The notes under the pieces were generated by a model that saw nothing but the letters and a program-made list of their open reading frames with translations, ran no database searches and was not told where the DNA came from. From contig NC_042998.1 in NCBI RefSeq assembly GCF_006345805.1, positions 69,130,001-69,194,000 on the forward strand: DNA of 64,000 nucleotides, read 5' to 3'. This document shows, piece by piece, positions 38,894 to 52,066 of this stretch. The DNA is from Octopus sinensis (taxonomy: Eukaryota). How positions within the stretch are numbered: position 1 is the stretch's first letter; each line of letters opens with the position of its first letter. The translations under genes were made by a program, and so were the position numbers.

Positions 38894-39263
38894 GAGCGAG
38901 CGAGCAATCTTTAAAGGGGTTGAAATAGATAGGGAAATATATATTTAAGAATAGAATAAAATAACTTATAAAATGGTGGCAACTAAATGTCAGAAATCCA
39001 GCTGCAGGAAAAGGAGATATTGAAAAGAAGGTTCCGGCCTTAGGAAATAAAGATAAGCAAAGTTTAAAGAAAATATGGTTTTGAGAGATTTATGGGAGAT
39101 AGCTTGAGTGTTGTGATGTATTAAAAGTAGATGGCTATCTGCAGACTGCGAAGTGTTAACAGTTAAGGAATAAGAAGTGATTAAGAAATTATTTGATAAA
39201 TTAAGATATAGGAAATAGTGTTAGAAAAATATATAAATAAATTTTATGAATAGATGCAGGAAG

Positions 39264-39299
<36 letters not shown>

Positions 39300-39789
39300 T
39301 ACATCTACTCACGCATTTGTACCGACCGGGCGGTCAATATGGAGTGTCAATCACCGATATTAGCTTCAAATCTTGGCACAAGACCAGTAATTTTGGGGGA
39401 GGGGCTAAGTCGATTACATCGACCTCAGTGTTTAACTGGTACTTATTTTATCGACTGGATCTAGCAGGCATAGAATTAAACTGGCATTCCGTCGGTCACG
39501 ACGACCAGTGCTCCTGTTGATCCGATCAACGGAACAGACTGCTCGTGAAATTAATGTGCAAGTGGCTGAATACTCCACAGGCACGCGTACTCTTAACGTA
39601 GTTATCGGGGAATTTCAGAGTGAAGCAGAATGTGACAAGGCTGGTCCTTTGAATTGCAAGTATAACTCATTTTTGCCAGCTGAGAGGACTGGAGAAAAGT
39701 GAAATAAAGTGTCTTGCTCAAGGATACAACATTCGTAAGCTGAATATCCAAACTATTAATCCGTAAACCATTATCATATTTATATCGTG

Positions 39790-40165
39790 GCACTCCGTCG
39801 GTTGTGACGGCGACCGTTCCAGTTGATCCGATCAACAGAACAGCCTGCTCGTGGAATTAACGTGCATGTGGCTGAGCACTCCACAGACCTGTGTACCCTT
39901 AACGTAATTCTCGGGGAGATTCAGCGTGATACAGAGTGTGACAAGGCTGGCCCTTTGAAATACAGGTGCAACAGAAACAGGAAGAAATAGTGAGAGAAAG
40001 TTGTGGTGAAAGAGTACAGCAGGGTCCGCCACCACCCCTTGCATGTAGCCTCGTGGAGATTTAGGTGTTTTCGCTCACTAAACACAACGCCAGATCTGGG
40101 GATTGGAACCACGATCCTACGACCATGAGTCCGCTGCCCTAACCACCGGGCCATTGCGCCTCCAC
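39790..40165 (-). mobile_element. tRNA-headed SINE (15307-type)
   Basis: Ends ...CCCTAACCACCGGGCCATTGCGCCTCCA. Confidence 0.85.
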
Positions 40166-41129
40166 TATAGTGATATAACTTAATGCGTAATACATATTTA
40201 AATCTAGAAAAATAATGAAGAATTTGTTACTCAAAATGAATATAAAGTGTAGTGTACCATGAAGGCCAGTAAAATGGTTTTAGAGTCAATACTGAAATAG
40301 AGATTGGCTTTTGCGATAAGAAAACTATGGCACCAAGACATTGCTAGAGAAACTGAAAAGTGTGGACGACTTTATGATTTATGAGGAAGACGTTTAGGTG
40401 ATTCTGAGAAGATGGAAAAGTTGGTCAGTGCCAAATATTGATCGCTTCGAAAATTATTGGAGAAAGAAATTAAGCTATATTTGGAAACCAAATAGGTCTC
40501 AGAATTTAGGAATGGTTAATCAACATGTCACGTCGAATTGATTCGACAGTTCCTTTTACAAAGAGAGAGAGAGAGAGAGAGAAGGGGAGGGAGAGAGAGT
40601 GAAAGAAAGCGAGAGAGAGAGAAAGAAAGAGAGAGAAAGAGAGAAAGAAAGAAAAAGAGAAAGAGTGAAAAAGAAAGAGAAAGAAAGAAAGAGAGAGAGG
40701 AAGGAGGAAGAGAGGAAGAAAGAGAGAGAAAAACGAAGAAAGAAAAAGAAAGAGAGAGAAAAAAGGAAGAAAGAAAGGGAAAGAGAATGCTACTGGCCAA
40801 TTATGTGTTTAAACACCTCGTGTTAAATTTTCACAAGAATTCTGTCTCAAAATAAAAAAAGCTCAAAATGACAAGCAAGATAAAAATTCAGACAGGTTAT
40901 ACAATCAGCATAATCAAACATTTTCTTCTTAACCAACCATCAAAAACATATAACATATCGAGACAAGACTATGTTGGTAATTATATCATTGGAGCATGAG
41001 ATAATAATCCTGTTATTATTATCTGTTCATAACTCATTTGACTGTCACAATGATCAAAGCAAGCAGTCCTGATATCACACAAACAAACGATATGCATTCT
41101 GATATATACATCTTCATTTCATCGCTTGG

Positions 41130-41690
41130 ATGGGTGCTAAGAAGCTTGCTTCCAAGCTACAAGGCTCCAGGTTCAGTCTCACTGTGTGGTACCTTGGGCA
41201 AGTGTCTTCTACTATCTCGGGCCGACCAAAGCCTTGCGAGTGGATCTGGTAGACAAAAACTGAAAAAAACCCTGTTGTGTGTGTATGTGTGTGTGCGCGC
41301 GCTTTTGACTCCCACCACGGCTTAACAACCGCTGTTGGTGTGTTTTCGTGCCCATAACTTAGCGATTCGGCAAAAGATATTGCTTAGAAAATAAGTACCG
41401 GGGTCGATTCATTTGACTAAAAATTTATCAAGGTGGTGCCCCAACTTGGCCGCAGTGTAATGACTGAAACAATTCTTTTCTACTCTAGGTACAAGACCCG
41501 GAAGTTTTGGGGAGGAGCCAGTCGATTAGATCGACCTCAGTACGCAACTGGTACTTAATTTATCGACCCCGAAAGGATGAAAGGCAAAGTCGATCTCGGG
41601 CGGAATTTGAACTGAGAACGTAGCGGCAGACGAACTACCGCTAAGCATTTCGCCCGGCGTGCTAACGTTTCTGCCAGCTCGCTGCCTTAA
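41130..41690. mobile_element. adjacent SINEs: 41130-41472 (+) and 41480-41690 (-)
   Basis: Matches to the 2363-type and 1929-type families. Confidence 0.75.
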
Positions 41691-41777
41691 TGACCGTAAC
41701 AATTAAAAGATAAAAGATATAGGCATACATGAACATATACACTCATATATTCGCAGACTATATATATATATATATAT

Positions 41778-42530
41778 AAATCCACACCTTATGTGAATGG
41801 ATTAAAGAAATGTAGGCTTTGCTTGGCTGAAAGAGCACAGATACTTTTCAGATCAAAATTCCCCAACTCAATTTTGAACTTGAGGTCTGAAATTTTCAGT
41901 GGTTGTAGACACATGCAAAAATATATTTTAAAGAACTGGATTGATATGACATCTCTCCGACCTTATTATTTAAAGACTAAGGAAGTTAGATCGCCTACTA
42001 CTATAGTTTTTCCATCTACTTTATTTTAGTATTTCTTTAGGTTTATTTTTTTATCATCTATGTTTTTATCTTTTATAAATTTTATAAATTTTTACACTCC
42101 CGACATTTCTTATATTTATACCTTTACATTTTTACCATATATTTCATACATTTATTTTTCATATACATTTTTACTCAGCTTAAACAATTTACATTTAATT
42201 TACATTTAATTTCGTATATTATTTACATTTACATCAGGTCTCCTGGTTTCGTTTTCCGGTTAGAAGTTAGGGTTTTCCATATGCTACAATTTTTTCATGT
42301 TTTTTTCGCATATTCTCACGCCCCACACTATATTTAAAGTTCTTAGTTCAGCACGAAAAGTCGCCTGCGCCTGAAGAACGTGTTTCGATTTTCAGACACG
42401 TGAAACTATTGAGTTGGTGTATAATTATTGCGCCCGAATATATTTAATGTGATGTTCTTAAACATATATATTTGACACTCACAAGATGGAGTACTCTCTT
42501 TGTTGAATTACGTCACGAACCAATAGATTA
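41778..42530 (+). mobile_element. Penelope-like 3' fragment (GIY-YIG C-terminus plus pLTR)
   Basis: CRLCLAERAQIL...LNLRSEIFSGCRH; hammerhead-like CUGAAGA-ACGUGU..ACACGU-GAAA-CUAUUGAG-UU at 42366-42421. Confidence 0.8.
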
Positions 42531-42534
42531 TATA

Positions 42535-43714
42535 TCTCTCTATATAGATAAAACTGAGAATGTGTGTCTGTCTGTCTGTCTGTCTGTGTGTTTCCCTAAA
42601 ACTTGAGAACTACACAACCAATTTCATTTAAATTTTACACATGCCTTACTTGGGGTCCGGGGAGTGTCATGGGCAAAAAGATTTTTTAACTTTTTGCCTA
42701 GGGCGAGCCCACAGCAATATCATATCTTCTCCACTACGATTCCCTAAGACTTGAGAACTACACAACCAATTTTATTCAAATTTTACACATGCCTTACTTA
42801 GGGTCCATGTAGTTTCATGGGCAAAAAAATGTTCAACTTCTTGCCTAGAGCGAGCCCATAGCAATATCATATCTTCTCTACTATTTCAGTATTACGTGTT
42901 AAAAGTGAAACAAAAACATTTCTCTATTTTTTCTCAGATACTTTCACTTTAACAATAAAAATAATAACAATTGAATTATATGTAGTAAGTAATAATTAAA
43001 ATCAAACTAAAGTATAGTATAATCGTAACATAACAAAAGTAAAAATAGCAATTGGTATAAAATTGCATCAATGACTTGAACTTGAATAAGTGGTTTCACA
43101 TGAATAGGAATAAATTAAAAATAAAATTAGCGTGCAGAAATGGAATAGTCCAGATGGATAATAAAAAATTAAATTAAAGAAAAGACTATTGTCTATAAAG
43201 TATACAATGTAGAGAAAAAAGATTTGAACACCTGGAGGAAAGCACCATCGAAAAGTGTCTTGGTGCGACTATGGAAGATATCTAACCAGAGGCGGTAAAT
43301 TCGCCTCAACAGAAGCAAGGTTCGAGTCAACGGAGTGTGCAAGGGAGTACTCGACTCGAACTTGCAAAGTGGAAATATTTTATTTTTACCTTTATATCTG
43401 GGACGTAGGACGTGCCGGATAAAAATTAAAAATCCCTCCCCCCCGAAGTAGAGGTAGGCTGGATTGTAGCCACACTTCTATACAAGAGGGAGGACAAGGT
43501 ACAACTGATCGAAATTGCAAGAGACGGGCCTACAATTCCAGTCTGTTATATATTTTGAGTATTGTTATCACTAGCGATATCAAGATATATCTTTGTATTT
43601 TGTATTTTATGTGTAGATGTATATATATAGATGTACATGTAATATGTACACATATATATACACATATATACATGCACTAGCACTATGACCCGGCGACGAC
43701 GGGTCATAATGCTA

Positions 43715-43715
<1 letters not shown>
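42535..43715 (+). mobile_element. non-autonomous Helitron
   Basis: 5' A|TCTCTCTATATAGATAAAACTGAGAATG(TCTG)n; 3' hairpin TATGACCCG..CGGGTCATA then CTAG|T; ~150-bp internal duplication at 42590-42885. Confidence 0.7.
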
Positions 43716-43795
<80 letters not shown>

Positions 43796-44067
43796 ATGAC
43801 GTTGAATTATGATCAGCGAATCCTTGCCAACCAGTCTGTTTGGAATGTTCATATTTATCACTCTCCCATAGATACGAATAGTCTTTTTCATATGTGGATC
43901 GCATAATAAGCTTTATAGAGTATCAACAACTGATCAACACTGAAGTGTTTTATGATGAAAGAATAAATCCTCCTCTTTGTGATGTTGATTTGACCATGTA
44001 CACACACACACACGTACACACAAACGTACACATATATATTGATAGATAGATAGATAGATAGATAGGT

Positions 44068-44125
<58 letters not shown>

Positions 44126-44730
44126 AACAAATAGATAGATAGAATAAATTTTGCATGAACATCGAGAATACATAATAAAGGAACAGGAAAAGATACCCCA
44201 CATCAGGTGTATTCCAAGAGACTTTTGCAGTTTTGACACCTTAGAACAACAGTGGTCGTTCAAATAGCATTAATAGTTAACAAATACAGACCTTATGGCT
44301 TAAAATAGGGGAAATAAAATAAAATAAACGAATATTTGTAGTTAAATGCTCGCAACTAGGACAGAGAAAACATAAGCTAAAAAATAGCCACCGTAACAGA
44401 AAAAAAAAGAAAATGTATGTATGTATGTATGTATGTATAATGATTGCCGTATGAGACACATGTAGCCATTCAGAAACACGTAGGGACTTAATTTCACTTA
44501 AACAGTTATTGTTTGAAATACGGTGTTAAAATTATCGCTACTCGAAATTGCGACCTGGCACTAACAATGCTGTTGCACAGTGTCTAATGTATGGGCGTAT
44601 TTGGTCACACACACACACACACACACACATAGTAGAAAAAAAACGAAGAACAAACACAAAAAACAGCAACAACGCGAGGACGTGGTACATGTAAAGTATT
44701 AGCAGACACTCAGGGAAGGAAAGAAAGGTA

Positions 44731-44765
44731 GTTTAACGTTTCGAGCAAAGCTCTTCTTCAGAAAC
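44731..44765 (-). ncRNA. minimal type I hammerhead ribozyme in a Penelope-type pLTR fragment (approx. 44630-44820)
   Basis: GUUU-CUGAAGA-A-GAGC UUU GCUC-GAAA-CG-UU-AAAC; degenerate sister copy on + at 52137-52168. Confidence 0.75.
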
Positions 44766-45249
44766 AGAGGAAAATTGGAGGAAACAAAAATCACCAACGA
44801 TTGACATGTGGTTACATATAGTCTGTAAGATTCTGGGATTTGTATCACTGTTGTTATTTTTGAATTAGAAATAATTTTTTTAGGCATTGGTCAGTCGTTC
44901 TGGTTGGGTGCTCATAGCCGGTCAGTTATTCATCATCATCATCATCATCATCATCATTTGATGTCCGTTTTCCATGCTGGTTTAACAGGAGCCAGAGGGC
45001 GGTACCAGGCTCCAATTGTCTACTTTAGCATGGTCTCTACCATAGCACTATATTAATGACGTCTATAAATTTCCCACAATGCACTATCTTAGTGACGTCT
45101 ATAAATTTGCCTTTAGATTGTTAAATTGCTAATAAGCCGCCCATGTTATTTATAGTTAGTCTTTCACCGTTTTTGAAATCAGCGTATGAGTTCAGCGGTT
45201 TTCTTATAAGCTGACAAGGTGAGTTGAGTTTAACCCTAGACGCTGTAAG

Positions 45250-45309
45250 AGCCACCGATGAGAATTAAGATGCACTGCATCAAAATTCGAAATTACCGGT
45301 GATCTGGCT
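45250..45309 (+). ncRNA. type I hammerhead ribozyme with a U4C core change
   Basis: AGCCA-CCGAUGA-GAAUU...AAUUC-GAAA-UUACCGGUGA-UC-UGGCU: all three stems pair; AUC site. Confidence 0.7.
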
Positions 45310-45498
45310 ATTTTTGCTAGGGAACATACCTCCCTTGCCAGTCATTAAGAGAGTGCATTTGTGACTATTGAGTAGTTTTGACACTGATTTCTAGCAATGC
45401 CGATACCACTTTGTACCCTCTGTCACTTTAGTGATGTCAATAAATTTGCCTTTAAATTGCTAATAATTGTTAAATTGTTAATAAGCCACCCATATTAT

Positions 45499-45603
<105 letters not shown>

Positions 45604-46327
45604 ATAGATATTTAGATAAATAAATGTTCACACTCAGATACACACAAACACATACACACACATTTATCATGAAGGAATATGAATAATGTAATTTTCACTC
45701 GAATTATGTTACATATGTTTCGCTATCAAAGGTGTTTATTTGTTTACAATGTATTACATGTAAAATTACTTATATGAATTGTACAATCAATCATCTCACC
45801 AGGCGTTTGAACAGTCGACACTTCGGATTGGTGAGTGAAGACTTCAATTCAGACTTCAAGAAACGTTCAGAGGAAGTTCAACATCACCCTAGTTGTGGGT
45901 AAGGGGTAAAATTAAAATCACAACCAATCAAACAGCGTTTTCCTAGCAACAGCGATATACACAGTGGACGTGGGAGTGGTTGATAATATTCAGTACTTGT
46001 CTATTAGTACTTTGTCACCCAAGAATTCACTTGTTTATATAACAATAAATTATAATTCGGTTGACATTACAATAGTGATAAGGTTCATTTAGAGACTAAA
46101 GACAAAACACGAATGCCTCCCTTGCACAGGAAATAATTACAATAGCGATAATAATTACAATAAACAAACAAACAATAAAAAAAATAACAGTATTAACAAC
46201 AATAAAACTTTCAGCAGATAAATTTCTTTTGTATTTAGATTAAACCTTGTTTGCCAAAGACGCGCTAGAGTGCAAACGAGCTTATCGACACCGCCGAGAT
46301 CACCGCTACTTGATATATATATATATA

Positions 46328-46815
46328 TCATCATCATCGTTAACGTCCGCTTTCCATGCTAGCATGGGTTGGATGATTTGACTGAGGACTGGCGAACAAG
46401 ATAGCTGCACCAGGCTCCAATCTGATCTGGCAGAGTTTCTACAGCTGGATGTCCTTCCTAACGCCTACCACTCTGAGAGTGTAGTGGGTGCTTTTACGTT
46501 CCACCGACACGAGGGCCAGTCAGGCGGTACTGGGAACGGCCATGCCCAAGTGGTGTTTTTTACATACCACCTACACATGAGCCAGTCCAGCGGCACTAGC
46601 AACGACTTCACTCGAATGTTTTTTCACAAGTGCCAGTAAGGCAACGCTGGTGACGATCACCCTCGAATGGTGTTTTTACGTGCCACCGTCACAGAAGCCA
46701 GTCAGCTGCTCTGGCAACGATCACACTTGGATGGTCCTCTTAGTGCTCCACTAGCACGGATGCCAGTCATCGAATTTGATTTCAATTTCGATTTCACTTG
46801 CCTCAACAGGTCTTC
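46328..46815 (-). mobile_element. SINE or non-autonomous element with RTE-like 3' tail
   Basis: Minus-strand tail CCAACCCATGCTAGCATGGAAAGCGGACGTTAAC(GAT)n; tail fragments also at 44930-45040 and 59700-59757. Confidence 0.6.
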
Positions 46816-46979
46816 GGAAGCAGAGTTACGTTACGTTCTGAGTTCAAATACCGCCGAGGCCAACTTTGCCTTTCATCCTTTCGGGGTCGATGAATTAAGT
46901 ACCAGTTACGCACTTAATCCCTTTGTTTGTCCTTGTTTGTCTCCTATATTTTTAGCCCCTTATGGGCAATAAAGAAATA

Positions 46980-47365
46980 AGAAGCTTACTTCTCTTCCAT
47001 ATGTTTCCAGGTTCAATCCCACTGCGTGGAACCTTGGGCAAGTGTTTTCTATTATAGCCTTGGGCCGACCAAAGACTCGTGAATGGATCTGGTAGACGGA
47101 AACTGAAAGAAGCCCGTCGTATACATATATGTAGATATACATATGTGTGTGTGTGTTTCTCACCCAACACCGCTTGACAAATGGTGTTGGTATGTTTACA
47201 TTTCCGTAACTTAGCAGTTCGGCAAAACATGACCGATTGAAAAAGGACCAAATTTTTTTAAAAAGTAAGTACTAGGATCGATTCATTCGACAAAAAAAAA
47301 AGAATCTTCAAGTCGGTGCCCCAGCATGGCCGCAGTTTTATGACAGAAGCAAGTAAAAGATAAAG
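46980..47365 (+). mobile_element. SINE (2363-type)
   Basis: Core and tail match the family. Confidence 0.8.
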
Positions 47366-47452
47366 GACGAAAGATATTCTCACTCAATTACATGGGTAGT
47401 TAGAGCTTAAGATAGTTAAATAAATAGTTATATTTGTAGATAGATGGTTAAT

Positions 47453-47539
<87 letters not shown>

Positions 47540-48520
47540 TGAGGAGGCTATATATAAAACTACCAGATTTTCGCCTTCAATTCGTTTTCTGAGAAGCTCC
47601 AACAAGCAAGTGAATTGTTACACGACTGGTCAGACAGGACTCTCAATTAAGGCCTTCACTCATCCGTTTCATGTCATAACAGGTCGAAAGTCACTAAATA
47701 TAACCTATGATTTGTCAAAGCCGGCCTTGTACCACTTGCAGCGGGATTTCGTTTCGACATTTTAATCTGGTTGTCTTAATCTTGTTTCTCTTGTTCAGAT
47801 GTTGATCTTTCATTCAGAGAAAATAGAAAGAAGAGGAAAAGAAGAAGGAGGAAGAGGAGGAGAAGAAGATGGAGACGAAGAAGAAGAAGAAGAAGAAGAA
47901 GAAGAAGAAGAAGAAGAAGAAGAAGAAGAAGAAAAAGGAGAAGAAGAGGAGGCGGAGGTGTAGGAACAATACTTCACCGAAAACATTGTTTTTGTTTGTT
48001 TTATCGTGTTTTTTATTTGTATTTGTCTTTCGGGTTGTATGTATATGGATGTGCGTATGTTTATATATGTATACATGTATGTATGTATGTATGTATGTAT
48101 GTATGTATGTATGTATGTATGTATGTATGTATGTATGTATGTATGTGTGTGTGTGTATGTATGTATGTATGTATGTATGTGTGTGTGCATGTAGGTGTGT
48201 ATGTATGTATGTATGTATGTATGTATGTATGTATGTATGTATGTATGTATGTATGTATGTATGTGTGTGCATGTATGTATGTATGTATGTATGTATGTAT
48301 GTTTGTATGTATGTGCGTGTGTGTGTATGTGTGAATGACTGACTGAATACGTATGTGTATGTATGTGTGCGTATGTGTGTATGTATATATGTCAATATAT
48401 GTCAATATGTTTGTATGTATGTATGCATGTATGTGTGAATGACTGACTGAATACGTATGTGTATGTATGTGTGCGTATGTGTGTATGTATGTGTGCGTAT
48501 GTGTGTATATATATATGTCA

Positions 48521-48553
<33 letters not shown>

Positions 48554-49144
48554 TGTATATATGACTGAATACGCATGTGTATGTATGTGTGTGTACGTAT
48601 GTGTATATGTATATATGTGTGTGTGTTTGTAAGTATGTGTATATATAATTAAATATGTATGTATACGTGTGCGTGTATAGTATTTCGTTTTTAAGAGCAG
48701 TAGGTAACCAATAGCTTGTGGACTGACCATCGATTTAGGTGAGTGGTCAGTGCTTGGACATACATTATAAATTGTAAATACACACAACAACAAATATACA
48801 ACAAATATACACAATAAAACAATGAAACACACAATATAATAAAACAATAAACCAATAAAAAACCCAGTAAAAATGTAGAAAATAATACGAAAGAAAGTGC
48901 GATAGCAAGGTCGACTGATTCTGTTGAGCGACGAAGGAACTAAATCGTTCAACCCAACAAGAGAGAGTGTAAAAATAAATATATAGGCGCAGGAGTGGCT
49001 GTGTGGTAAATAGCTTGTTTATCAACCACATGATTCCGGGTTCAGTCCCACTGCGTGGCACGTTGGGCAAGTGTCTTCTACTGTAGCCTCGGGCCAACCA
49101 AAGCCTTCTGAGTGGATTGGTAGACGGAAACTGAAATAGGCCAG

Positions 49145-49184
<40 letters not shown>

Positions 49185-49368
49185 TTTGTATTGTTATCAT
49201 AATATAATTATATATATATATGCTATATTATATATATATAGGTATATGTTATATTACCATATATATCAGGACATCTATATATATACATAGATAATAATAT
49301 AATACATATATATATATATGTAATGGAATGATACAATTATATATATATATACGCATATATATATAGCC

Positions 49369-49417
<49 letters not shown>

Positions 49418-49824
49418 ATGTATGTATATGGTATATAATTTAGAGAAAAACCTCTATTAAACTATTCAATAAAGAAAAATGTTATTCACACCATATAGAA
49501 AACATATACTATAAAAAAACAACCTTATTCTAAAAATCAATAAAGTACAATAAATAACTGACAAAAAGAAAAAAAAACAACCAAGATTCAACCAAATCAA
49601 AAAATAAACCCAAATACTAAGCGAACAAAGATGAACCATCCCACTTCCATTGCGCGTACACACGCGCACACACACACACACGCACCCTCCTCACACTTTA
49701 TTGATTTTTAGAATAAGGTTTTTTTTATAGTATATGTTTTCTATATAGTGTGAATAACATCTTTCTTTATTGAATTGTTTAATAGAGGTTTTTCTCTAAA
49801 TTATATGCATATATTATAAAAACT

Positions 49825-51955
49825 TAGATATGTTTCGACCAGAGATTGGTCCAGGCCATGTCTAACTTAATAGCACCACCTGATAGGATTATTCGAATCC
49901 TGTTTAAGTCAAGTTTTGTTCAAGTAGTGAGTTCTTGTTGGGTGAGTTGTATCCAATTATGGGTGGCTTATCTGGTATTCTTTGAAGGAATCTATCCAGA
50001 CTCTGTTTGAAGTTGATGGGATCCTTTTCCTCTTTGATCTCCCTCGGGACAATGTTAAATAGGGCAGGGCCTGTTGAGGAAAAGAAATTATGTTGCAGTG
50101 TACATGTATGTTGTGATCTTGAATTTGGCAGGGGACGTATAGCCCGTGGTCCAAGTCTCGGATGAACCTTGAAGCTAATGTTTAGGTCGTTTGGGCAAAG
50201 TTGGCGGTATATTTTCCACATCGTACAAATGATGTACCGCTCACGGCGACGCTGGAGGGAGTAAAGTTTCAAGGCTTTAAGGCGATCCCAATAATCGAGA
50301 GCAGCCATGCCTTCAATTTGTTTAGTGAGAGCCCTCTGGGGTGACTCAATTCTGGAGATGTTTTGTCTTGTGTGAGGAGACCACAGTGGGCAGCAGTATT
50401 CAAGGTGTGGCCGTACAAAGGATGAAAAAAGTGGTATGATGACACCTTGTTCTCTGGACCGGAAAGTTCTTAAGATCCAGGAACTCATCCTACGAGCTGT
50501 ATCGACCTTCTTGTTGATGTGTGCACTCCAACTGAGATCGTCATCAACAATTACACCCAGGTCTCTGATATTGTTAGAGGCTGTGAGCGGTTCCCCTGAA
50601 GGAAGAGAGTATGGTTGTTTTAGTGAGGAATTTCTTCCAAAATGCATCAGCTCAAATTTTCCCTCATTCAGTTGCATTTTGTTTCTGTCTGCCCATTGAC
50701 TCACAGCATATAGGTCAGACTGGAGTTGAGTTCGGTCTGCTTCTTCATTGACGATTTGCTGGAGCTTAGTGTCATCAGCGAATATTTTCACTTTGCAGTG
50801 ATGTACGACACTGGAAAGGTCGTTTACATAAATTATGAAGAGTAGCGGACCCAAAACAGTTCCCTGGGGAACACCGCTGGTGACTTTTGCTGGGTTTGGG
50901 TGGACTCCATCAACTACAACATGTTGTGTTCTATTCGCTAGGAAATACTGAATCCAGTGTAGAACTTTTCCACGGATTCCAACATTTGCCAATTTCGAGA
51001 GTAGGATGTTATGGTCTACCCTGTCGAACGCTTTACTGAAGTCAAGGTATATGACGTCAGAGTTCGAACCTGTTCCCAAGGCTTTGAGTACATCTTCAAT
51101 GTGGTGTAAGAGCTGTGTTAGACAGTCCCTGCCACAGCGAAAGCCATGCTGATTTGAATTTAGGAGTTTGTGGGTCTCCAGGAAGTCAGCTATCCTTGAT
51201 CTTAACACTCTTTCAAACACTTTAATGATGTGGGAGGTGAGTGAGATTGGGCGATAGTTGACTGCGAGGGATCTGTTTCCCTGTTTGAAAACCGGGATGA
51301 CCGACTGGGATAGAAACTTTTTCGGTATATAACCTGCGTCTAACGAGTTTCTCCAGAGGTTGGTCAGAGGGACTGCAAGTTGATATCTACATTCCTTCAG
51401 GAGACTGGCGGGAAATCTATCAGGGCCTACAGCAGAGTAATGTTTGACCTCATTTATTGCTGCTACGATGTCGGTGGCAGTGAAGGTTATCTCTGCGATT
51501 TTGTGTTGGGAGTCAGCTTCGTTCGTTTCCCTCACATCAATATCAGTGGGAACACTGAAGACAGAGCAATATTGTTTCTGCAGTATTTCTGCCATTTCTT
51601 TAGCATCGTGTTGGGGAATGCCGTTTTCATCAATCAATGGCCCAATAGGTGAGACAGTGATTCTATGCTTATTTGCATAAGAATAGAACACTTTTGGGTT
51701 CTGTTTGATGTTTTTGATTACCCATTGTTCCTCCACAGCTCTTTGATTTTCAATGGAGGTTTTCATGTTAGTCTGCAGATGAAGTTTTTCCAGCTCTAGT
51801 CTTTTCATTGTTGTTGAATGTGGATGTTGCGTGTGGGAATATTTTAATTGGTTGATTTTTTTGTTGAGTCTTTTGATGCGCCTGATGAGTGTTTTTTTCT
51901 TTTAAAATTGTTAAATTGAATTTTTCCCTGTAAGTTTTGGAATTATATTCCCTAC
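49825..51955 (-). mobile_element. 5'-truncated CR1-clade LINE
   Basis: RT ORF plus short 3' UTR with hairpin GACCAATCTCTGGTC; 5' end abuts (TA)n. Confidence 0.9.
49904..51808 (-). CDS. CR1-type reverse transcriptase (partial ORF2, open for 634 aa, no endonuclease)
   Basis: NPKVFYSY, NYRPISLTS, YLDFSKAFDRVDH, SGVPQGTVLGP, IFADDTK, RDLGV, VRPHLEYC..WSP, SLQRRRER. Confidence 0.9.
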   Translation of the reverse strand: MKRLELEKLHLQTNMKTSIENQRAVEEQWVIKNIKQNPKVFYSYANKHRITVSPIGPLIDENGIPQHDAKEMAEILQKQYCSVFSVPTDIDVRETNEADSQHKIAEITFTATDIVAAINEVKHYSAVGPDRFPASLLKECRYQLAVPLTNLWRNSLDAGYIPKKFLSQSVIPVFKQGNRSLAVNYRPISLTSHIIKVFERVLRSRIADFLETHKLLNSNQHGFRCGRDCLTQLLHHIEDVLKALGTGSNSDVIYLDFSKAFDRVDHNILLSKLANVGIRGKVLHWIQYFLANRTQHVVVDGVHPNPAKVTSGVPQGTVLGPLLFIIYVNDLSSVVHHCKVKIFADDTKLQQIVNEEADRTQLQSDLYAVSQWADRNKMQLNEGKFELMHFGRNSSLKQPYSLPSGEPLTASNNIRDLGVIVDDDLSWSAHINKKVDTARRMSSWILRTFRSREQGVIIPLFSSFVRPHLEYCCPLWSPHTRQNISRIESPQRALTKQIEGMAALDYWDRLKALKLYSLQRRRERYIICTMWKIYRQLCPNDLNISFKVHPRLGPRAIRPLPNSRSQHTCTLQHNFFSSTGPALFNIVPREIKEEKDPINFKQSLDRFLQRIPDKPPIIGYNSPNKNSLLEQNLT

Positions 51956-52066
<111 letters not shown>

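Noticed and set aside
40538-40855. E/R/K-rich ORF
   Set aside because: Purine-rich low-complexity tract.
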